64,000 nt of DNA from an uncultured Rickettsiaceae bacterium (GTDB lineage Bacteria; Pseudomonadota; Alphaproteobacteria; Rickettsiales; Rickettsiaceae), in assembly GCA_964468495.1 (NCBI GenBank), contig CAYXTI010000016.1, positions 35,487 to 99,486 on the forward strand, read 5' to 3'. Shown here in pieces: positions 20,908 through 31,734 of this stretch; positions within the stretch are counted from its first letter, which is position 1; each line of letters starts with the position of its first letter. The position numbers were made by a program, and so were the translations under genes. The notes beneath the pieces are model-generated. The model was not told the DNA's origin. It made no database searches and saw only the letters and a list, made by a program, of their open reading frames with translations.

Positions 20908-21738
20908 TTATTTTTTCTTTACTCTACTTTTCACAATAAATTTACTAGAAAACTTATTTTTTCTAGTCTTTTTACCTTTAGTTAACTTTCCCCAAGGAGT
21001 AACTGGATGACGTCCTCCAGATGTTTTTCCTTCTCCTCCTCCATGAGGATGATCAACCGGATTCATCGCTACTCCCCTTACTCTAGGCCTCTTTCCTAGC
21101 CACCTATTTCTTCCAGCTTTTGCTATATTAATATTACGCTGATCAAGATTAGATATCATTCCAACTGTAGCTCTACACGCCAAAGGTATTAATCTTATTT
21201 CTCCAGACAATAATTTCACTTGAGCATAACCTAAATTTTTTCCTATAACACTTGCAAACATACCAGCTGCTCTTACTAATTGTCCACCTTTACCTACTTT
21301 CATTTCTATATTATGAATCACAGTATCAATGGGAATATCTCTCAATGGCAAACAATTACCATCTTTAATATCTACATTATCTCCAGAAATAACAACATCA
21401 CCAACTTTTAACATATTAGGAGCTAAAATATAACTATTTACCCCATCTTTATATCTTAATAATGCAATAAATGCTGTTCTATTAGGATCATATTCTATCC
21501 TTTCCACTACTGCTTCAATCCCATCTTTATTCCTCTTAAAATCTATTAATCGATACTTTCTTTTACACCCTCCCCCTCTGTGTCTTGAAGTAATACGACC
21601 AATATTATTTCTTCCACTTTTTCGATTTAAACCTAAACTCAAAGATTTTAATGACCTCCCTTTCCATAAACCACTTTTATTTACTAACAACAATCCCCTT
21701 TGGGATGAAGTACTAGGATTATATTTTTTTAAAACCAT
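20908..21738 (-). CDS. rplB: 50S ribosomal protein L2
   Basis: 276 aa. [28 protein letters not shown]. Confidence 0.97.
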   Translation of the reverse strand: MVLKKYNPSTSSQRGLLLVNKSGLWKGRSLKSLSLGLNRKSGRNNIGRITSRHRGGGCKRKYRLIDFKRNKDGIEAVVERIEYDPNRTAFIALLRYKDGVNSYILAPNMLKVGDVVISGDNVDIKDGNCLPLRDIPIDTVIHNIEMKVGKGGQLVRAAGMFASVIGKNLGYAQVKLLSGEIRLIPLACRATVGMISNLDQRNINIAKAGRNRWLGKRPRVRGVAMNPVDHPHGGGEGKTSGGRHPVTPWGKLTKGKKTRKNKFSSKFIVKSRVKKK

Positions 21739-21740
21739 TA

Positions 21741-22034
21741 CTATCCTCCCACCACTAAATCAATAGTATAATCTTTTTCTAAAGTTACAATTGCTTTCTT
21801 ATAAGATGATCTATAACCTATATTTCCTTTAAATCTCTTTTTTTTTCTATAAGTATTTATAATATTCACAGATTTCACTTTTACCTGAAATATTTCTTCT
21901 ATTGCCTTTTGTATTAAGCTTTTCTTTACTGTTTTCATAACACTAAAAACATATTTACCTTGTTCCTGTAAAATTGTAGACTTTTCAGTAACAACAGGAG
22001 ACTTAATAAAATTATATTTACTTACTATTAACAT
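21741..22034 (-). CDS. rplW: 50S ribosomal protein L23
   Basis: 97 aa. [10 protein letters not shown]. Confidence 0.93.
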   Translation of the reverse strand: MLIVSKYNFIKSPVVTEKSTILQEQGKYVFSVMKTVKKSLIQKAIEEIFQVKVKSVNIINTYRKKKRFKGNIGYRSSYKKAIVTLEKDYTIDLVVGG

Positions 22035-22036
22035 TT

Positions 22037-22657
22037 CTACTTTAACCTCTGCTCTAATAGCAATAAAGCTTGCTGTGACATTAAAATATAATCACTTTTT
22101 ATAATATCATACACATTTGCCCCTATTACAGGAACAATATTAGTATTTGGAATAGAAACAGAAGCAATTTTAACTAACTTATCTACCTCCTGACCATCTA
22201 TAATAAAAAATTTCCCTTTACCAAAGCTCGATAATAACTTAACCAATTCTTTAGTTTTAGCATTTACTATCTTTATATTATCAATAAAATAAAGCTCTCC
22301 AGACGCAAATTTTGCAGACAAAGCATGTTTTAACCCAAGATTCCTTACTTTTTTCTGCAATCTAGTATCATATGATCTAACAACTGGACCATGAGCAATT
22401 CCACCTCCTCTAATTTGAACAGCTCTAGAATTACCTTGTCTAGCTCTTCCTGTTCCCTTTTGCTTAAAAGGCTTTCTAGTAGATCCAGACACTTCTCCAA
22501 CTGTTTTAACTAAATGAGTTCCTTTTCTACTTTTTGATCTTTGCCAATTTATGACCCTATTTATAATATCTATCCTAGGCGATAAAGAAAAAATTCTCTC
22601 ATTAAGACTAACCTCTCCAACAATTTTCTTTTCTAAATTAAATAACTTAGCCTGCAT
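22037..22657 (-). CDS. rplD: 50S ribosomal protein L4
   Basis: 206 aa. KQKGTGRARQG motif. Confidence 0.95.
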   Translation of the reverse strand: MQAKLFNLEKKIVGEVSLNERIFSLSPRIDIINRVINWQRSKSRKGTHLVKTVGEVSGSTRKPFKQKGTGRARQGNSRAVQIRGGGIAHGPVVRSYDTRLQKKVRNLGLKHALSAKFASGELYFIDNIKIVNAKTKELVKLLSSFGKGKFFIIDGQEVDKLVKIASVSIPNTNIVPVIGANVYDIIKSDYILMSQQALLLLEQRLK

Positions 22658-22670
22658 AACTTAAACTTCC

Positions 22671-23309
22671 TTATCTACATTTTTTTATTGCATCTCTTAT
22701 AAAAACATAACCGCCCTTAGCACCAGCAACATTACCTTTAACAAGAATAATACCTTTTTTTACATCGAAGTCAATTACTCTTAAATTTTGTACAGTAGAC
22801 CTCTTATTACCCATGCATCCTGCCATCTTTTTATTTTTAAAAACTTTTGCTGGATCTTGACACTGACCAGTTGATCCATGAGACCTATGCGATACTGATA
22901 CTCCATGAGAACTTTCTAATCCTCCAAAATTATGCCTTTTCATTACTCCAGCAAAACCCTTACCTATAGAAAAACCAGTTATATCAACATATTGACCTAC
23001 TTTATAATGATCTGCCTTTAATTCAGACCCAACATCTATTAAATTATTTTCATTAACCAAGAATTCTTTTATCTTAGCCTTAGGTTCTATTTTACTATTT
23101 TCAAAAACAGATCTCATAGGCTTTGATACTCTATTTTTATTTTTTGCTACAGCACCAACAACTACAGCATTATACCCTTCTTTTTTAACAGTTTTTACCG
23201 CTAGCACCTGACAATTATCTATATATAAAAAAGTAACTGGATAACACCCCCCAGATGAATTAAATATTGAACTCATTCCTAATTTTTTTGCAATCAATCC
23301 AGTTCTCAT
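22671..23309 (-). CDS. rplC: 50S ribosomal protein L3
   Basis: ORF runs to 23321. The conserved start [16 protein letters not shown] is at the Met at 23309, which also removes the overlap with rpsJ. Confidence 0.95.
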   Translation of the reverse strand: MRTGLIAKKLGMSSIFNSSGGCYPVTFLYIDNCQVLAVKTVKKEGYNAVVVGAVAKNKNRVSKPMRSVFENSKIEPKAKIKEFLVNENNLIDVGSELKADHYKVGQYVDITGFSIGKGFAGVMKRHNFGGLESSHGVSVSHRSHGSTGQCQDPAKVFKNKKMAGCMGNKRSTVQNLRVIDFDVKKGIILVKGNVAGAKGGYVFIRDAIKKCR

Positions 23310-23313
23310 AATA

Positions 23314-23631
23314 TTATACACTCATTAATTTTATTTCCACATCAATTCCAGCTGGGAGATCAACCTTTCTTAAAGCATCAACCGTTTGTGAAGTAGGATA
23401 ATTAATAATTACTAAACCTTTTTGTACCCTAATTTCAAATTGCTCTCTAGATTTTTTATCTACATGAGGAGATTTATTAACTGTAAATTTATCAATAGAC
23501 CTAGGTAAAGGAATAGGTCCCCTAACATCTGCTCCTGTTCTTTTAACTACACTTACTATTTCCTTAGCAGCACGCTCAAGAACCCTATGATCAAAAGATT
23601 TTATCTTTATTTTTATTTTCTGATTATTCAT
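23314..23631 (-). CDS. rpsJ: 30S ribosomal protein S10
   Basis: 105 aa. [13 protein letters not shown]...GPIPLP. Confidence 0.96.
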   Translation of the reverse strand: MNNQKIKIKIKSFDHRVLERAAKEIVSVVKRTGADVRGPIPLPRSIDKFTVNKSPHVDKKSREQFEIRVQKGLVIINYPTSQTVDALRKVDLPAGIDVEIKLMSV

Positions 23632-23693
23632 TATTCTACAACTATCATCTTTACATATTTATAAAGCTAATCCAGATTTCTACAACATTATAT

Positions 23694-24872
23694 TTATTTT
23701 ATAATCTTAGATACAACACCAGCACCTATAGTCCTCCCCCCTTCACGTATAGCAAAACGCAAGCCTTCATCCATAGCAACAGGAGAAATCATTTTTACTT
23801 TAATTTTAGTATTATCACCTGGCATCACCATCTCTTGTCCACCTATCAACTCTATTTCGCCTGTAACATCTGTTGTTCTAAAATAAAATTGAGGACGATA
23901 ATTTTTTAAGAATGGAGTATGTCTTCCTCCTTCTTCCTTAGTCAATACATAAATTTCCGCTTCAAATTCAGTATGGGGCGTAGTAGTCGCTGGCTTTGCT
24001 AATACTTGCCCTCTTACTACTTCCTCTCTTTTAGTACCACGTAACAATACACCTACATTATCACCTGCTTGTCCAGAATCTAATATTTTTCTAAACATTT
24101 CTACGCCTGTACATATAGTTTTGCTAGTTGGATTAATTCCAACTATTTCTATTTCATCGCCTATATTAACAACTCCTTTTTCTATCCTTCCTGTAACCAC
24201 AGTACCACGACCTGAAATTGAAAAAACATCCTCTATTGGCATTAAAAATGGCTTATCAGTATCTCTTACAGGCTGAGGAATATAACTATCTATTGCTTTC
24301 ATTAACTCATCTATTGATTCTTTTTCTTGTCCTTCTAATACTTTTAAAGCTGACCCTTTAATAATAGGAATCTTATCTCCAGGAAAATTATATTGTGTCA
24401 ATAATTCTCTGACTTCCATTTCAACTAATTCTAACAATTCTGGATCATCTACTTGATCCACTTTATTTAAAAATACTACAATAGCAGGAACTCCAACCTG
24501 ACGAGCTAATAATATATGTTCTCTAGTTTGCGGCATAGGACCATCAGCTGCAGATACAACAAGTATAGCTCCATCCATCTGAGCAGCCCCAGTAATCATA
24601 TTCTTTACATAATCAGCATGACCAGGACAATCAACATGAGCATAATGTCTATTATCAGTTTCATATTCAACATGAGCAGTAGAAATAGTTATTCCTCTTG
24701 CTTTTTCTTCTGGCGCTCCATCAATTTCATCATATTTTTTTGCTGTAGCCTGACCTTTAGAGGCTAACATCATAGTAATTGCAGCAGTTAATGAAGTTTT
24801 TCCATGATCTACATGTCCTATTGTTCCAATATTACAATGAGGCTTTTTTCTTTCAAATTTTTCTTTAGCCAT
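23694..24872 (-). CDS. tuf: Elongation factor Tu
   Basis: ORF runs to 24890. The conserved start [26 protein letters not shown] is at 24872. GTPase motifs DCPGHADY and NKVD. Confidence 0.98.
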   Translation of the reverse strand: MAKEKFERKKPHCNIGTIGHVDHGKTSLTAAITMMLASKGQATAKKYDEIDGAPEEKARGITISTAHVEYETDNRHYAHVDCPGHADYVKNMITGAAQMDGAILVVSAADGPMPQTREHILLARQVGVPAIVVFLNKVDQVDDPELLELVEMEVRELLTQYNFPGDKIPIIKGSALKVLEGQEKESIDELMKAIDSYIPQPVRDTDKPFLMPIEDVFSISGRGTVVTGRIEKGVVNIGDEIEIVGINPTSKTICTGVEMFRKILDSGQAGDNVGVLLRGTKREEVVRGQVLAKPATTTPHTEFEAEIYVLTKEEGGRHTPFLKNYRPQFYFRTTDVTGEIELIGGQEMVMPGDNTKIKVKMISPVAMDEGLRFAIREGGRTIGAGVVSKIIK

Positions 24873-24969
24873 AAATTTTTTAATCTCCAAATAATTTTAA
24901 TCTAATAATCGCTATTGCAGTTATGTTAACTTCTATAAAAGTTTTATTAATTACACACTAAAAATACAG

Positions 24970-25040
24970 AGCGGGTGATGGGAATTGAACCCACACTATA
25001 AGCTTGGAAGGCTAATGTTCTACCTTTAAACTACACCCGC
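24970..25040 (-). tRNA. tRNA-Gly (anticodon UCC)
   Basis: Reverse complement gcgggtg..ttagc-CTTCCAA-gctta..gtggg-ttcaatt-cccat-cacccgc-t folds as a cloverleaf. One T:T mismatch in the anticodon stem. CCA is not encoded. Confidence 0.9.
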
Positions 25041-25085
25041 ATTATTTAAATTATAATTACACTCATTACCTAATTCTCCCTATGC

Positions 25086-25172
25086 TGGTGGAGAGAGAAG
25101 GATTCGAACCTTCGAACGCATAACGCGGGCAGATTTACAGTCTGCAGCCTTTAACCACTCGGCCATCCCTCC
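25086..25172 (-). tRNA. tRNA-Tyr (anticodon GUA), long variable arm, CCA encoded
   Basis: Reverse complement ggagggatggccgagtggttaaaggctgcagaCTGTAAAtctgc...ggttcgaatcc...tctctccacca. Confidence 0.92.
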
Positions 25173-25463
25173 AGCATGGCTTCAGCTCAAGATAGACGAT
25201 ACTTCTTGTAAAATCAAGCAAATAATTCAAGAAAAATTATTATCTAGAGGATCTTTAAATGGCATTTATATGCTAATTATCTAAACCTAAACTTAAAATA
25301 TTTATATTAAAATAATAATTAATTAGTTAATTAAATACTAACTACAATTTATAGTATCAGCTATTTATATTTAAAACTTGTATAATAAATAATGTTGCCT
25401 GTCAAGAGGATTTTATTTATTGTTTAACTAATAAATAATAATTATTACTTATAAATAAAAATT

Positions 25464-26189
25464 ATGATTAACAATAAAAAAAAACAACATAAATACTATA
25501 TGTATGGAAAACATACTGTTTTTTCTGCACTTTATCAAAAAAAACGTAAAATTGATAGCCTATACTGCACTAAAGCATTATTTACCTCTTATAAATCAGT
25601 GTTACAAAAATTTAATCCCTTAATAGTCCCAGTAGATTTTATTATAGAAAAAATTGGAAAAAACTGTGTTCATCAAGGAATTATTGCCTATGTAAATTCT
25701 ATTTATGCTAATAATATCAATAGTTTTAGTTTTTCCCAAGATAATGATAAAATTGTAATATTAGACCAAATCACAAATTCTAATAATATAGGCTCAATTA
25801 TTAGAAGTGCAGCAGCTTTTAACATAAATAAAATTATTATAACCAGCTATAACTCTCCTTTAGAAAATGCATCTATTGCAAAGGCTGCTTGTGGATGCTT
25901 AGAATTTGTTCAAATAGCACAAATAGCTAACTTAAATATTATAATAAATAAATTAAAAAAACTTGGTTTCTGGACTATAGGACTTAAAGCAAGTGCTAAG
26001 AATTCAATTTTTCAAATTCCTAAAATGAATAAAATTGCTATTATTATTGGCTCAGAACACACTGGTATGAGAGCATTAACTACTAAATCATGTGATTTTT
26101 TAGTAAAAATTGATATATCAGATAAAGTAGAAAGCTTAAATGCCTCAAACGCTGCTGCAATAATATTTCATACGCTCAATGATTACTAA
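25464..26189 (+). CDS. rlmB: SpoU/TrmH-family RNA 2'-O-methyltransferase (RlmB-like)
   Basis: 241 aa. LDQITNSNNIGSIIRSAAAFN, IIIGSEHTGM and SLNASNAAAI are the three SpoU motifs. Confidence 0.8.
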   Translation: MINNKKKQHKYYMYGKHTVFSALYQKKRKIDSLYCTKALFTSYKSVLQKFNPLIVPVDFIIEKIGKNCVHQGIIAYVNSIYANNINSFSFSQDNDKIVILDQITNSNNIGSIIRSAAAFNINKIIITSYNSPLENASIAKAACGCLEFVQIAQIANLNIIINKLKKLGFWTIGLKASAKNSIFQIPKMNKIAIIIGSEHTGMRALTTKSCDFLVKIDISDKVESLNASNAAAIIFHTLNDY

Positions 26190-26393
26190 TCATTTTAAAG
26201 CTATAGCTACATTTATTTGAAGTAAATGCTAAAAAATCTTAATATCCTATTTTATCTTGTTATTATATGAAATTTTAGAAAAATAACTTGATGAAATATA
26301 TTTCAAATATATGCTAAGCTAAGAATGAGTTTTATTTTACATATAAACCCCATTAATTAATAACAAATATAGTGTGAAAATATACTGTTAATT

Positions 26394-27629
26394 ATGCAAC
26401 AAAAAATACTTATTTGGTTTTTAGGTTTTATAAGTGGTTTTACGCTCATGATCAGTGGTAATACTCTCAATTTCTGGCTATCAAAACAACAACTAGATAT
26501 TAAAATAATTAGTAGTACTTCTCTATTAGCTATTCCATATGCTATAAATTTTCTTTGGTCACCTATATTAGATAGATATAAAATACCTGGTTTATTCCCT
26601 ATTTTAGGAAATAGATTATCTTGGATTCTAGTAGTCCAAAGTACCCTTAGTATTACTATATATATGCTAAGCCTAGTTAATCCATTAAATAATTTAACTT
26701 TATTTTTCTGTATAAGTTTTTTTATTTCTTTCTTATCATCAACCCAAGATAGTATCCTTGGAGGATTTAGAACAGAAATCATAAATCATGATTTCAAAAA
26801 TAATAACACAGGCATATATATCTTTGGATACAGAATAGGAATGTTATTTTCAAGCTCTGGAGCTATATATATTTCTACTTATCTAGGATGGAATATAATA
26901 TATAAAATATTTAGTTCTATTATATTATTTTTTTTTCCATTATTATTACTATTATGCACTCTATCCTACAATCAAGGTTATAATAAAAAACTTCCTACCA
27001 ATGATAATAAATTACTTACATTAAACTCCTTTAAAACAATGTTATCTTCTATGGGCAGCCCAAATTACATAGTAATATTATTACTATTTTTAATTTTATA
27101 TAGGTTACCAAATAACTTAATTACACCTATACTCAACTCTTTTTATATACATATTGGTTATAATGAATTAGAAATATCCTATACAAATAAATTTTATAGT
27201 ATTATTTTTTTAATAATAGGAGGACTATATGCTGATTATATTATTAAAAAAAAAGGAATAATACAAGGATTATTCCTCTTTGGAATAGTACATACTATTG
27301 CACATTTGCTATTCATAGCTCAAGAAATCTATGGTAAAAATAATTATTTTTTATTAATACTTACTATTGCAGAATCATTAACGAGTGGAATGTGTATGGC
27401 TACTTATATGGCTTTTATTACATCATTATGTACGAGCAAATTTAAAGCAACACAATATTCTTTTCTACTTTCTACAATGGGATTATCTCGATCTATTTTT
27501 TCAATTCTATCAGGATATATTATTAGCTACTCTGGATGGATTATATTTTTTATTATCACTATAATAGGATCTATACCTTCATTAATTTTGTTATTTTTAT
27601 TACAAAAAAATAAAAAAACTCTTTCTTAA
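26394..27629 (+). CDS. ampG: AmpG-family muropeptide/MFS permease
   Basis: 411 aa. LGFISGFTLMISGNTLNFWL and SSTQDSILGGFR are typical of AmpG. Confidence 0.82.
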   Translation: MQQKILIWFLGFISGFTLMISGNTLNFWLSKQQLDIKIISSTSLLAIPYAINFLWSPILDRYKIPGLFPILGNRLSWILVVQSTLSITIYMLSLVNPLNNLTLFFCISFFISFLSSTQDSILGGFRTEIINHDFKNNNTGIYIFGYRIGMLFSSSGAIYISTYLGWNIIYKIFSSIILFFFPLLLLLCTLSYNQGYNKKLPTNDNKLLTLNSFKTMLSSMGSPNYIVILLLFLILYRLPNNLITPILNSFYIHIGYNELEISYTNKFYSIIFLIIGGLYADYIIKKKGIIQGLFLFGIVHTIAHLLFIAQEIYGKNNYFLLILTIAESLTSGMCMATYMAFITSLCTSKFKATQYSFLLSTMGLSRSIFSILSGYIISYSGWIIFFIITIIGSIPSLILLFLLQKNKKTLS

Positions 27630-27728
27630 GTGAATAAGATGTTTAAAATTACTGTTTTTAATCATCTTTTGTTAAAATAATGAATTATTTTAAAATAATA
27701 TAAAATATAAAACATATAATAATTAAGA

Positions 27729-29126
27729 ATGATAAATATTATCTCAGTTTTTTTATATTTTGCTATTTTGTTAGCAGTAGGCATATATACTAAATCAACT
27801 AATAAAAATTTTTCTCAATTCGCTCGTATTAATAATAGCGCTATAAAAAATCAACTAATGCTGATTGCTACTATATTTGTTTCAACTATAGGCGGAGGAA
27901 CTATATTTGGAATTACAGAAAAAGCTTTTATAGGTAACATCGCTTACTCTTATTCTTTATTAGCTGTAATCCCAATTGATATAATTATTGCAATATTTAT
28001 TATACCTAGAATAGCAAAACACTATGGTGCAGAAAGTATAGGAGATATAATGTCTGTTTACTATAACAATACTGGTAGAATAATTGCTGGAATGGGTTCT
28101 ATTTTAGTATCAATAGGTCTTTTAAGCGCTCAAATTAGTGTAAGCAGTAGAATATTTGAGTATATGCTGAAAATAGATTATATAAGTGGAACAATATTAA
28201 GTTACACTATAGTAGTTATATATACTACTATAGGAGGCTTTAGGTCAATAGTTTTTACTAATCAATTACAATTTTTTGCTATGCTCATTGCTATCCCTAT
28301 AATCCCTATATTTGGAATAAATAAAATTGGGGTTATAGAATTTTTTACTACTATTCCTTATCAAAAAATATCCTTTATTAACAATAAACAATTAATTGAA
28401 GATATATTTTTTATTACTTTAAATTTTTCTGTAATGACATTATTTCCTAACTTCATTCAACGAATATTAATTACTAATAATTTTAATTCTACATCAAAAG
28501 CTATATACATAAAATCAATACTATATTCTATATTTCTAATACTAATTACCTTAACAGCCTTAGTAGCATATAATATGAATCCCTACCATAACCCAAGACT
28601 GATTTTTCCTTTTCTTATCGAACATATAATTCCTAATTTTTTACAAGGCATAGTTATTATAGGTTTGCTAGCAAGTATTATGTCTACAGCAGATTCAGAC
28701 CTTAATATTAGTTCCATTACTCTTGTCAAAGACTTACTAAATCCGTTATTTAAATTTAATAATCCTAAAAAAATGCTAAGAATAGCACAAATTACAAATA
28801 TAATAATAGCAAGCTCATCTATATTTATTGCATTATACTTTAATAGTGTAGTTGATTTAGTAATATTCATGTCAAGTTTTTGGAGCCCTATAGTTCTAAT
28901 ACCTCTTTTATTTGCTTTATTTAATATTATTATTAACTATAAATTAATAATTTTTAATACAATCTTTTCTATAATAACCATTTTGGTATGGAACAGCCAA
29001 TTTTTTTATACTTGTAAAATAAAAAGTGTATTTATAGGAACTATAACAAATTTACTGTTATTTTTATTTGAATATTTAATTATACAAATCAAAAATAAAT
29101 TTATTAATAAACAACATTGCAATTAA
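27729..29126 (+). CDS. Sodium:solute symporter family (SSS) transporter
   Basis: 465-aa polytopic ORF. TIGGGTIFG, YTTIGGFRSIVFTNQLQ and GLLASIMSTADS motifs are typical of PutP/PanF-type symporters. Substrate unknown. Confidence 0.7.
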   Translation: MINIISVFLYFAILLAVGIYTKSTNKNFSQFARINNSAIKNQLMLIATIFVSTIGGGTIFGITEKAFIGNIAYSYSLLAVIPIDIIIAIFIIPRIAKHYGAESIGDIMSVYYNNTGRIIAGMGSILVSIGLLSAQISVSSRIFEYMLKIDYISGTILSYTIVVIYTTIGGFRSIVFTNQLQFFAMLIAIPIIPIFGINKIGVIEFFTTIPYQKISFINNKQLIEDIFFITLNFSVMTLFPNFIQRILITNNFNSTSKAIYIKSILYSIFLILITLTALVAYNMNPYHNPRLIFPFLIEHIIPNFLQGIVIIGLLASIMSTADSDLNISSITLVKDLLNPLFKFNNPKKMLRIAQITNIIIASSSIFIALYFNSVVDLVIFMSSFWSPIVLIPLLFALFNIIINYKLIIFNTIFSIITILVWNSQFFYTCKIKSVFIGTITNLLLFLFEYLIIQIKNKFINKQHCN

Positions 29127-29222
29127 TAAAATAACAAAGAAATTCTATAATAATAAAACCTTTATTATAAAATTTATCTATATAAAAAACATATCATAGA
29201 AGTAAATATTAGTATATAATGC

Positions 29223-29248
29223 TTTTCTTAATATTAGTATTAAGAAAA
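29223..29248. repeat. Hairpin (11-bp stem, 4-nt loop) carrying the motif aatattagtat
   Basis: ttttcttaata / ttag / tattaagaaaa read directly. A second copy of aatattagtat lies at 29205-29215. Confidence 0.7.
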
Positions 29249-29372
29249 AATTAACTTTATTAACCTTAAGATCAAGATATAGTTAATAAATAAAAAGAAT
29301 TTAATCATAAAGTTTATTTATACTATATCAAATTTACTAATCAAAATAGTAAATTTATAGATATATTAATTA

Positions 29373-31157
29373 ATGTTATGTACTATGAATCAATCATATA
29401 ATACTAATTCTTTAACTTATACTTTGAATAAGCTTAAATTCTTTATATTCCAAAAGGAAAAAGCTAATGTTATCACAATGATCTTAATTAGTATTCTATT
29501 AGGAACAATTATATCTATTGATGGATTACTATTACAAAAATTTACCAATTTTATTGAATCATTAAAAGAACTAAAAAAAGAAGAATTAACAAAAAATATA
29601 ATTAAATATCTATTTATTTACATAGTATGGTGGGAAGGTATAAATACTTTATTTCGTATATATGACTATATATATATGAAAACAATGCCTAAAATTAAAG
29701 CATATGTGATTAGCGAGCTTTATCATTATGTACAATATTATAACCACGATTTTTTTCAAAAAAATCTTACTGGAGATGTTTCAAGTAGAATTATAGAAGC
29801 AGCAAGATCAATAGAAATGATTTTTTCTTATATTAATGAAAAAATTATACGAAAAATTTCAATGCTAATATTTTCTTTTTTAACTATTTATAGTGTAAAT
29901 AATATATTAGCTGTTATTTTCCTAGTATGGTTTGTTATTTTTATTATAATTAGCTTATATTATGCTAAAAAAGCTAATTATCATACCATTAAATATGGTA
30001 AGAACCTTACTTTAGTAACAGGTAAAATTGTTGATGCTGTAGTAAATATTCCAGTTATTAGAATGTTCTCTTCATACTTATATGAAAAAAAATACCTATT
30101 ACATACTCTAAAAGAGTATAGTGATAGTGATAAACAAATGCAATGGTTTATGTTTAAGCTATGCTACATACTTACTCTTGTATGTATTATAATGATTAGT
30201 TTTATAATTTATTTTCTTTTATACTTTAAAACCACTTTAATGCTCTCTACAGGACAATGCATAATGGTTATTTCTATATGTATGGCTATAGCTCATGATT
30301 TACATGAATTAACAGAAGATTTTAGTGATATATTAGAACAAACAGGAGTTTTTTTTGCTACTACAAATTTATACAAAAATTATATAATTACTGACCACCC
30401 TAATGCTAAAACTCTAAAAATTAATAAAGCAAATATAGAATTTAAAAATGTAAGTTTTTACTATAATTATAATAATAATATTTTTAATAACCAATCAATT
30501 TTTATTCATCAGGGACAAAAGGTAGGACTAGCAGGATTTTCAGGATCTGGAAAAACTACCTTTACTAACTTAATAATAAGATTATTTGATACTGATAAAG
30601 GTGATATATATATTGATGGTTATAATATTAAATATGTTACTCAAAAAAGTTTAAGAGATAATATTGCTCTAATTCCACAAAATCCATTATTATTTCAAAG
30701 AACTATTATGGAAAACATAAAATATGGATCAAATGCTACTGATGAAGAAGCTATACAAGCAGCAAAGAAAGCTTTTATTCACCAATTTATCAAAAATCTT
30801 CCCAATGGTTATAACACAATATGTAAAGAAAAAGGAAGTAACCTCTCCTATGGAGAAAAACAAAGAATTATTATTGCCAGAGCAATATTAAAAAATGCTC
30901 CTATACTAATTTTAGATGAGGCTACAAGCGCTATTGATGCTTACACTGAAAATGTAATTCAAAAATCGCTTAATAACCTAATGAAAAACAAAACAGTCTT
31001 AATCATAGCTCATAAATTATATACTTTACTTAATATGGATAGGATATTAGTTTTTGATAAAGGTTATATTATTGAAGATGGTACTCATAAGGACTTATCT
31101 AAAAACGGAAGAGTATATCAACTATTATGGGAATCTTTTCTTAAAGGAATAAAATAA
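29373..31157 (+). CDS. ABC exporter, fused permease/ATPase (MsbA/MdlB-like)
   Basis: 594 aa. Six TM segments then GFSGSGKTT (Walker A), LSYGEKQRI (signature) and ILILDEATSAID (Walker B). The start may be the Met at 29385. Confidence 0.88.
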   Translation: MLCTMNQSYNTNSLTYTLNKLKFFIFQKEKANVITMILISILLGTIISIDGLLLQKFTNFIESLKELKKEELTKNIIKYLFIYIVWWEGINTLFRIYDYIYMKTMPKIKAYVISELYHYVQYYNHDFFQKNLTGDVSSRIIEAARSIEMIFSYINEKIIRKISMLIFSFLTIYSVNNILAVIFLVWFVIFIIISLYYAKKANYHTIKYGKNLTLVTGKIVDAVVNIPVIRMFSSYLYEKKYLLHTLKEYSDSDKQMQWFMFKLCYILTLVCIIMISFIIYFLLYFKTTLMLSTGQCIMVISICMAIAHDLHELTEDFSDILEQTGVFFATTNLYKNYIITDHPNAKTLKINKANIEFKNVSFYYNYNNNIFNNQSIFIHQGQKVGLAGFSGSGKTTFTNLIIRLFDTDKGDIYIDGYNIKYVTQKSLRDNIALIPQNPLLFQRTIMENIKYGSNATDEEAIQAAKKAFIHQFIKNLPNGYNTICKEKGSNLSYGEKQRIIIARAILKNAPILILDEATSAIDAYTENVIQKSLNNLMKNKTVLIIAHKLYTLLNMDRILVFDKGYIIEDGTHKDLSKNGRVYQLLWESFLKGIK

Positions 31158-31222
31158 ACTTTTTTTAATAATTATCATATCTTCTTAAAACATAAACATT
31201 TATTTGCTATTAATTTAAAGAA

Positions 31223-31238
31223 AAACTAATATTAGTTT
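31223..31238. repeat. 16-bp perfect palindrome aaactaatattagttt
   Basis: Read directly. The core actaatattagt is identical to 59590-59601. Confidence 0.7.
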
Positions 31239-31416
31239 ATACTTTCACTATTAAATCTTTTTTTGTATTTTCAGATGCAGCACCAGTAATAGCTACTATA
31301 CATATTGTTAATAAGAACATCTGTTTTACTATCTGTATTATTTTATACATTTAAAAATTTTTAACCTCTTTATAAATCTTTTATATTTCTATTTTTTTGC
31401 TATATATAACTTTTTA

Positions 31417-31734
31417 TCATCTAGCCATATATTTATAAAATTTATTTTTTTCTTGTTTATAAAACTCTGCTTTTGCTAACGGTTCTTTCTTATTTGTAAT
31501 ATTAGGCCACTTTTGAGAATATTTTTTATTAATCTCAAGCCATAATATTAAATCCTGCGATTCTTCTTCAATAGCATTAACTGGACATTCTTCGACACAT
31601 ACCCCACAATCAATACACTCATCTGGATTAATTACTAACATTAATTCTCCTTCATGAAAACAATCTACAGGACACACTTCTACACAATCAGTATACTTAC
31701 ACTTAACACATGAATCAGTAACTACATAAGTCAT
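31417..31734 (-). CDS. fdxA: 7Fe ferredoxin (3Fe-4S plus 4Fe-4S)
   Basis: [29 protein letters not shown]...[12 protein letters not shown]. Confidence 0.95.
   Translation of the reverse strand: MTYVVTDSCVKCKYTDCVEVCPVDCFHEGELMLVINPDECIDCGVCVEECPVNAIEEESQDLILWLEINKKYSQKWPNITNKKEPLAKAEFYKQEKNKFYKYMAR

Noticed and set aside
24516-24767. 83-aa plus-strand ORF inside tuf.
   Set aside because: Antisense shadow ORF within EF-Tu.
26357-26782. 141-aa minus-strand ORF overlapping the ampG start.
   Set aside because: It is antisense to a clear AmpG N-terminus, has no recognisable family, and looks like a shadow ORF.
28583-28870. 95-aa minus-strand ORF inside the sodium:solute symporter gene.
   Set aside because: Antisense shadow ORF.
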